A stretch of DNA of 39,470 nucleotides from an uncultured Dehalococcoidia bacterium. GTDB taxonomy: Bacteria; Chloroflexota; Dehalococcoidia; SZUA-161; SpSt-899. Within the stretch, counting starts at the first letter, position 1, and each line of letters begins with the position of its first letter. Made by a program: the position numbers and the translations under genes. The stretch is taken from NCBI GenBank assembly GCA_965612975.1, contig CBFDTP010000003.1:1-39470 (forward strand). Direction: 5' to 3'. A model generated the notes under the pieces. The model ran no database searches. It was given only the letters and a program-made list of their open reading frames with translations, and was not told the DNA's origin. Below, one piece after another: positions 35,248 through 39,470 of the stretch.

Positions 35248-36399
35248 TCAAGAGATTGCTTCAAGTACCAGCTCGCTTATGTCCTTGACCTCTATAACCG
35301 ATTCCTTGCCCATGGAAAGCACGCTGTCCTCAAAGTTGAGCAGACAGTAAGGGCAGGCCAGAGCTAAAACCTCTGCCCCGGCCTCCAGAGCCTCCTCCAA
35401 CTTGAGGTCGGAGAATCTCTCACCCTTCTTGGTCTCCATCCAGATCCTCCCCCCACCTCCACCACAGCAAAGGCTGTTCTCCCGGGAATCCCGAAACTCG
35501 AGGAGTTCAATTCCCGGAATTGCCTGCAGCACTCTACGAGGCTCGTCATAGATCCCGCTGTGACGCCCCAGATAACAGGGATCGTGGTAAATCACCCTCT
35601 TCTTGATCTCCCGGCCAAACTTGAGCTTGCCCTGCTCGAGGAGCTGATCCAGGAGTTGGGTCACATGCATCACCACATATTCGCCCCCAAGCGCCGGATA
35701 TTCGTTCTTAAAAGTGTAGTAGCAGTGTGGGGAGGTAACCAGGATCTTGGTCACGCCGCCGGAGTTGAAGGCCTCGATGTTGCTCTCTGCCAGGCTATTG
35801 AAGGTGCTTTCGCTCCCTGACTTGCGCACACTCTCTCCGCAGCAGCTCTCCTTTTCCCCCAGAATGCCGAAGTCAAGGCCCAACTTCTGTAGGACCTTCG
35901 CCGTGGCCTGAGCTACTCTTTTGGCCTTGGCATCGTATGCCGGGATGCAACAGGAGAAGTAAAGCCACTCGGTACCCGGGCTGAAGGTCTTCACCCCGAG
36001 GTCTTTGGCCCAGTTGGGTCGCTTTTCCGGTGCTTCTCCCAGGGGATTGCCCACCGAGCCAATGTTCTTCACGCTGAGACGTAGGGAGTCGGGCACCTTG
36101 GCCACGCCCATCTCGGCCACGATCTTGCGCAGGGCCCACATAATGTCAATGATCTCCACCCCTCGGGGGCAGCGCTGAACACAGGCCCCACAGGTGGCAC
36201 AGAGCCAGATGTCCTCGCTCTCGAAGTCGGTCACTCCCAGTTGTGTCTGATGAATCAACCGCCGCACCAGAAAGCTCCGTACCAGGTTCCAGGGGCAAGT
36301 CCCGGTGCAAAGGCCACACTGGTAACAGAGCTTAAAGACCTCACCACCGGCTTCCTTTACGAAGTCCGCCGCTTCTTTAAAGGGTGCTAGTGCTGGCAT
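35248..36399 (-). CDS. HdrD-like (HdrC-HdrB fusion type) Fe-S/CCG protein
   Basis: CYQCGLCTGTCP, CATCGACVQRCP, two CCG domains; RBS GGAGG before ATG 36399. Confidence 0.9.
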   Translation of the reverse strand: MPALAPFKEAADFVKEAGGEVFKLCYQCGLCTGTCPWNLVRSFLVRRLIHQTQLGVTDFESEDIWLCATCGACVQRCPRGVEIIDIMWALRKIVAEMGVAKVPDSLRLSVKNIGSVGNPLGEAPEKRPNWAKDLGVKTFSPGTEWLYFSCCIPAYDAKAKRVAQATAKVLQKLGLDFGILGEKESCCGESVRKSGSESTFNSLAESNIEAFNSGGVTKILVTSPHCYYTFKNEYPALGGEYVVMHVTQLLDQLLEQGKLKFGREIKKRVIYHDPCYLGRHSGIYDEPRRVLQAIPGIELLEFRDSRENSLCCGGGGGRIWMETKKGERFSDLKLEEALEAGAEVLALACPYCLLNFEDSVLSMGKESVIEVKDISELVLEAIS

Positions 36400-36813
36400 C
36401 CTTAACCTCCCAAGATGTTTGCCTATTGTTAGTAAATAATATGTCGGCATTAGGTCCAAATGGCCTAGAACTTAACCACCAGCGATGATCACGGTCCTCG
36501 GAACGAGGCCCGCGAGCATTACCATTGCTGAGGAAGCAGCAAAGACCAGTGGGATATGGCGTAGATTCACAAAGTAAAGGTCTCCTCGGTGGTTTCAGGT
36601 GGGGTAAATTCACTTGCTGTGGGGCGGAGACCATGTGTGAATTATGCTTCTGAGCTAATCTCTGCTCCGAAACCTTAAACTCGGATGTAGCTGTAAATGA
36701 AATTTGCTTGAGGTAACTCCCCAGAGAAAACCTGGTATAAATTTTAAAGGCTTTCTTCATTAACAAACTCGTGCTGAAGAACTACTTCTAATTTATCCAA
36801 GTCATCCCTTGAG

Positions 36814-37089
36814 TCAAGACACCTTGAGGCCCAGTTTCCTGGCAAGCAAAACTATCCCTTCTTTGGTGCAAAACTCTTTCTCGCTCGGATCGTTAAATAC
36901 CCCAACGCCATGGATCTGCATGATCCTGAGGTGAGCTCTCACCGTTCTTTCATCTATCCCTAACTCAGCAGCTAACTTGGATACGGGCAGACAAGCACAG
37001 TCGCATTTCTCGCTCAGCTCCTTTAATTTGTTTACTATTTGTTCGTGTTTGATGACGTAACTACGGTGCAACTTTGCGGAGGGACTCAT
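36814..37089 (-). CDS. Small HTH protein with CDCAC motif
   Basis: VSKLAAELGIDERTVRAHL helix-turn-helix; has its own promoter. Confidence 0.75.
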   Translation of the reverse strand: MSPSAKLHRSYVIKHEQIVNKLKELSEKCDCACLPVSKLAAELGIDERTVRAHLRIMQIHGVGVFNDPSEKEFCTKEGIVLLARKLGLKVS

Positions 37090-37110
37090 TGTTTGTTAAT
37101 TTTTACTGTT

Positions 37111-37159
37111 TCCCGTTAATTGCCACAAGAATTGTAACACTTTAACGGGATAGCGTCAA
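37111..37159 (-). promoter_or_regulatory. Sigma70 promoter with inverted-repeat operator
   Basis: TTGACG-17-TACAAT with TG extension; TCCCGTTAA (37111-37119) / TTAACGGGA (37142-37150). Confidence 0.7.
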
Positions 37160-37282
37160 GGCAGCGGATTGCGGTTGGGATTGAACTGGGGTGAATAACT
37201 AGGCGGATAGAAAAAGGGAGAGAATAGCGAGCGCTGTATCACCAAGGCCAGTTTGAAGTAAGCCGAAGGCTGGGAGGTTTCT

Positions 37283-37930
37283 TTATTCCCTAACCCTTCC
37301 GGGACGAACGACTTTCTGGAAGTTCCTCGGGGGGCGGACCTCATCCAGTACCTCCAGCCTCCCCTGCTTCTCCAAGCGTTGGATGATGAGATACCAGGCA
37401 CAGTCCTTCTCAGGATCCACCTCACACTTCCCCTCGCTGCAGCCACCACAAGGGCCGTTGAGCAGTCCCTTAGCACAGCGGATAACGGGGCAGATTCCTC
37501 CGGTAAGGCCCAGCAGACAATCTCCACAAGCGGCGCAGACCTCCTCCAGGAGCCCCTCCTCCCGCTGTTCCCGGCCGATGAAGAGGGTGTTTTGTGCCGG
37601 CAGAATGGGAACTTCGGGGAAGACCTCAGCCATCATCTGCACCCCGGCACCACAGGCGAGGGAAAGAACCGCTTCAACATCGTTGAGTTGCTCCTTAAGT
37701 TCTGTAGCTACCAGGTGGGAGTCGCACTGCTTGGGGTGGGTGGCCGTTTTAAAGTCAAACTGCTTGTCCTTTGATCTAGCAGCCAGTCGCAAAAGCCGAG
37801 CCAAATTCTCCGCTTCCTTTATGCTCCTCGGAGGCTGTGTACAGCCGTCGCAACCAAGTATAAGGACCTTAGAATAAGGGGAGAGGAGGTCTAAAAGCTC
37901 ATTTAAGGGCTTAAGCTCGGTTATTATCAT
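37283..37930 (-). CDS. metV: MetV-like methylene-THF reductase small subunit (MTHFR_C)
   Basis: GCDGC, QCD, LACGAGVQ, CAACGDC..GGICPVIRCAKGLLNGPCGG..CEV..CAW. Confidence 0.88.
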   Translation of the reverse strand: MIITELKPLNELLDLLSPYSKVLILGCDGCTQPPRSIKEAENLARLLRLAARSKDKQFDFKTATHPKQCDSHLVATELKEQLNDVEAVLSLACGAGVQMMAEVFPEVPILPAQNTLFIGREQREEGLLEEVCAACGDCLLGLTGGICPVIRCAKGLLNGPCGGCSEGKCEVDPEKDCAWYLIIQRLEKQGRLEVLDEVRPPRNFQKVVRPGRVRE

Positions 37931-39090
37931 TCCTGCCCTCCTGAAGAAGCACCCTCTAGACTGGCCCTGAACTGCTTTAACTCCTCGGTGAAACTCTCAG
38001 GGTAACGTGGGGCCACAAAGGAGAAGCGGAGGTTCTCTCCCAAGCCAACCTCGGCCAGTCTCTTTCTCAGGGCCTCTATCCGATGCTGTGCCCCTTTGCT
38101 CCCCTTCTCCATCTTGCAATCCTCCTCGGGGCAGGCAGCTACCAGCACCCCCTCCACACCTTGGTCAAATGCCTCCAGAACGTGACCAACATCCAGTCTT
38201 CCGGCACATGGGAGATCTATGATGCGGACGTTTGGGACAAGACCGTCATCGAGCTCGGGGAAAGCTGCCCATTGACAGCGGAACACAAGTATTCGAGGGC
38301 TCTCCATGTCCGAAGTCAGCCTGGCTATCAGGCCCGAGAGCCTCTCCCTCTCCCAGTTTTCCAGCTCTAAGGCCTCGGCCGGACAGACAGCCACACAAAT
38401 ACCGCACCCCCGACAGAGCTCCAGATTGAAGCTGGCTGGCTGAGTTCCCCCAAGCGTTGCTGCCTCATAAGGACAGTAGAAGATACAATTGCCACACCTA
38501 ATACATTTATCTGGGTCCGCCTTTACCTTGAGGCTGTTCCTCTCCAGCGTGATGACCTCTTCACCCAGGCCAAGCTGTGACAAGACTACATTGAGTACGG
38601 CGACCTTGCGCCCGCTCACCGCACTACCTCGCTCGAAGCGACAGTAGTCCTCATCGCAGCCGAGCACATAAATCTTCTTCAACCCCAGCTCACCCAGCGC
38701 CCTGAGATAGACCTCCTCCGGAATACGGCCGACACAGGGGACCGACAGCGGGATATAGGTCGAGAGCTTGAAGATTCTCTCGGCCTGGGCGAAGTCGGGG
38801 CTGGCACCCTTGCAGGCAATGAGCAATGTGTCAGAACCATACTTTTGTTTTGCATCTTCGAGGTAACGAGTCAGCGAATCAAGATCATAGTAGAGGACAT
38901 CGATGGCTTTAGCCGGGCAGGAGGAATAACAGAGGCCGCATACCTGGCACTTGTCAATTTGAAGAACTACTTTGCCGCTGTCCTCTTTTCTCAGAGCTTC
39001 AAAGGGGCAGAGGGAAGAACAGATCGAACAGCCAGAGCAGCGCTGCTCGTTTACCTCGACTGCCGTCCGGGCTTCAATTAGCTGAGCCAA
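37927..39090 (-). CDS. Tandem (ferredoxin-MvhD/FlpD)x2 iron-sulfur protein
   Basis: Four CxxCxxCxxxCP motifs and two MvhD-like modules (PCVGRI..GCDEDYC; PCAGRL..ACPEEDC); TTG start after GGAGG. Confidence 0.85.
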   Translation of the reverse strand: MAQLIEARTAVEVNEQRCSGCSICSSLCPFEALRKEDSGKVVLQIDKCQVCGLCYSSCPAKAIDVLYYDLDSLTRYLEDAKQKYGSDTLLIACKGASPDFAQAERIFKLSTYIPLSVPCVGRIPEEVYLRALGELGLKKIYVLGCDEDYCRFERGSAVSGRKVAVLNVVLSQLGLGEEVITLERNSLKVKADPDKCIRCGNCIFYCPYEAATLGGTQPASFNLELCRGCGICVAVCPAEALELENWERERLSGLIARLTSDMESPRILVFRCQWAAFPELDDGLVPNVRIIDLPCAGRLDVGHVLEAFDQGVEGVLVAACPEEDCKMEKGSKGAQHRIEALRKRLAEVGLGENLRFSFVAPRYPESFTEELKQFRASLEGASSGGQE

Positions 39091-39246
39091 ACCGACCTCC
39101 AGTGGCATGATTTCGTTCGAGAAGTGCTAAAGTAGCGGGACTTTGGGGGAAATAAAAGGAGTTAGCGTCGAGAAGGAAAAATCCACTCCACCTGAAAAAA
39201 CTTCCCATCATCCTTTAATAAGGAGCCCGACGCGAGCCCAACGCAT

Positions 39247-39275
39247 ATTATAATCAGCGAAGAGGCATAAGTCAA
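39247..39275 (-). promoter_or_regulatory. Near-consensus sigma70 promoter
   Basis: TTGACT-17-TATAAT on the minus strand. Confidence 0.75.
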
Positions 39276-39469
39276 AAAGATGTGCTGGCTGACCACATAG
39301 GTAACACTTTTTCAATATACTCTATCGGCGTAAGATAGCCAAGTGATTGGTGTGGGCGGTTGAAATTATATTCTATGAGCCATTCGGTTAGCCGGGGATT
39401 GAGCTCTTGAGGGTCTAAGGATAGATTGAAGTTATAGAGCCACTCATACTCCAGGGTCTCATTAAACCT
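39272..39469 (-). CDS. IS481-like transposase, C-terminal part (truncated by window end)
   Basis: RFNETLEYEW..WLIEYNFNRPHQSLGYLTP..VLPMWSASTSF*, an integrase-core C-terminal motif. Confidence 0.85.
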   Translation of the reverse strand, partial: RFNETLEYEWLYNFNLSLDPQELNPRLTEWLIEYNFNRPHQSLGYLTPIEYIEKVLPMWSASTSF

Positions 39470-39470
39470 C
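39281..39470 (-). mobile_element. Right end of an IS481-like insertion sequence
   Basis: Terminus TGTGCTGGCTGACCACATAGGTAACAC (TGT end) coincides with the transposase C-terminus. Confidence 0.7.

Noticed and set aside
36425-36443. Rex operator upstream of the HdrD-like gene
   Set aside because: TTGTTAGTAAATAATAT matches only one half of the Rex palindrome
36525-36542. GGAAGCAGC resembling SRP RNA domain IV
   Set aside because: Lacks the CAGG and GNRA tetraloop arrangement
36593-36605. TTTCAGGTGG shared with the leader at ~39185-39197
   Set aside because: Short, opposite orientation relative to the genes; compatible with chance
39103-39130. CIRCE element (TTAGCACTT on the minus strand)
   Set aside because: Only one half-site; the second arm is missing
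1-39470. tRNA, rRNA, CRISPR array
   Set aside because: No cloverleaf, rRNA-like segment or regularly spaced repeats seen in the intergenic regions

Overview
Bacterial contig, most consistent with an anaerobic, probably thermophilic Chloroflexota (Dehalococcoidia-like) organism; this is inferred from gene content and protein style, not from a marker gene. Bases 5-70 are an untrimmed Illumina Nextera adapter. About 71-4797 is a lower-GC accessory island: an ABC-type ATPase + PIN pair (candidate defence module), two lipoproteins (one with FN3 plus two C2-like domains) and a transposase relic. Next come a sirtuin / DUF2103 / split-PIN coiled-coil protein / PaaI operon, DUF167 and comEA-comEC. A long minus-strand redox and metal cluster follows: trxA, ccdA, TlpA, MTH1187, J-domain, methyltransferase, two ferredoxin-CooC pairs, NifU-like, trxB, a Trx fusion, a Mo/W-bisPGD enzyme that keeps the acetylene-hydratase Asp13, and an MBL hydrolase. 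Then an RpoD-like sigma factor and hypBAFCDE. On the minus strand: a tandem ferredoxin-MvhD protein, orphan metV, a Cys-motif HTH regulator, HdrD-like, hdrA, mvhDGA, nfu and a hydrogenase protease. The window ends inside an IS481-like element whose transposase uses the TGA of a host -35 box as its stop. All calls come from reading motifs by eye; no searches were run.
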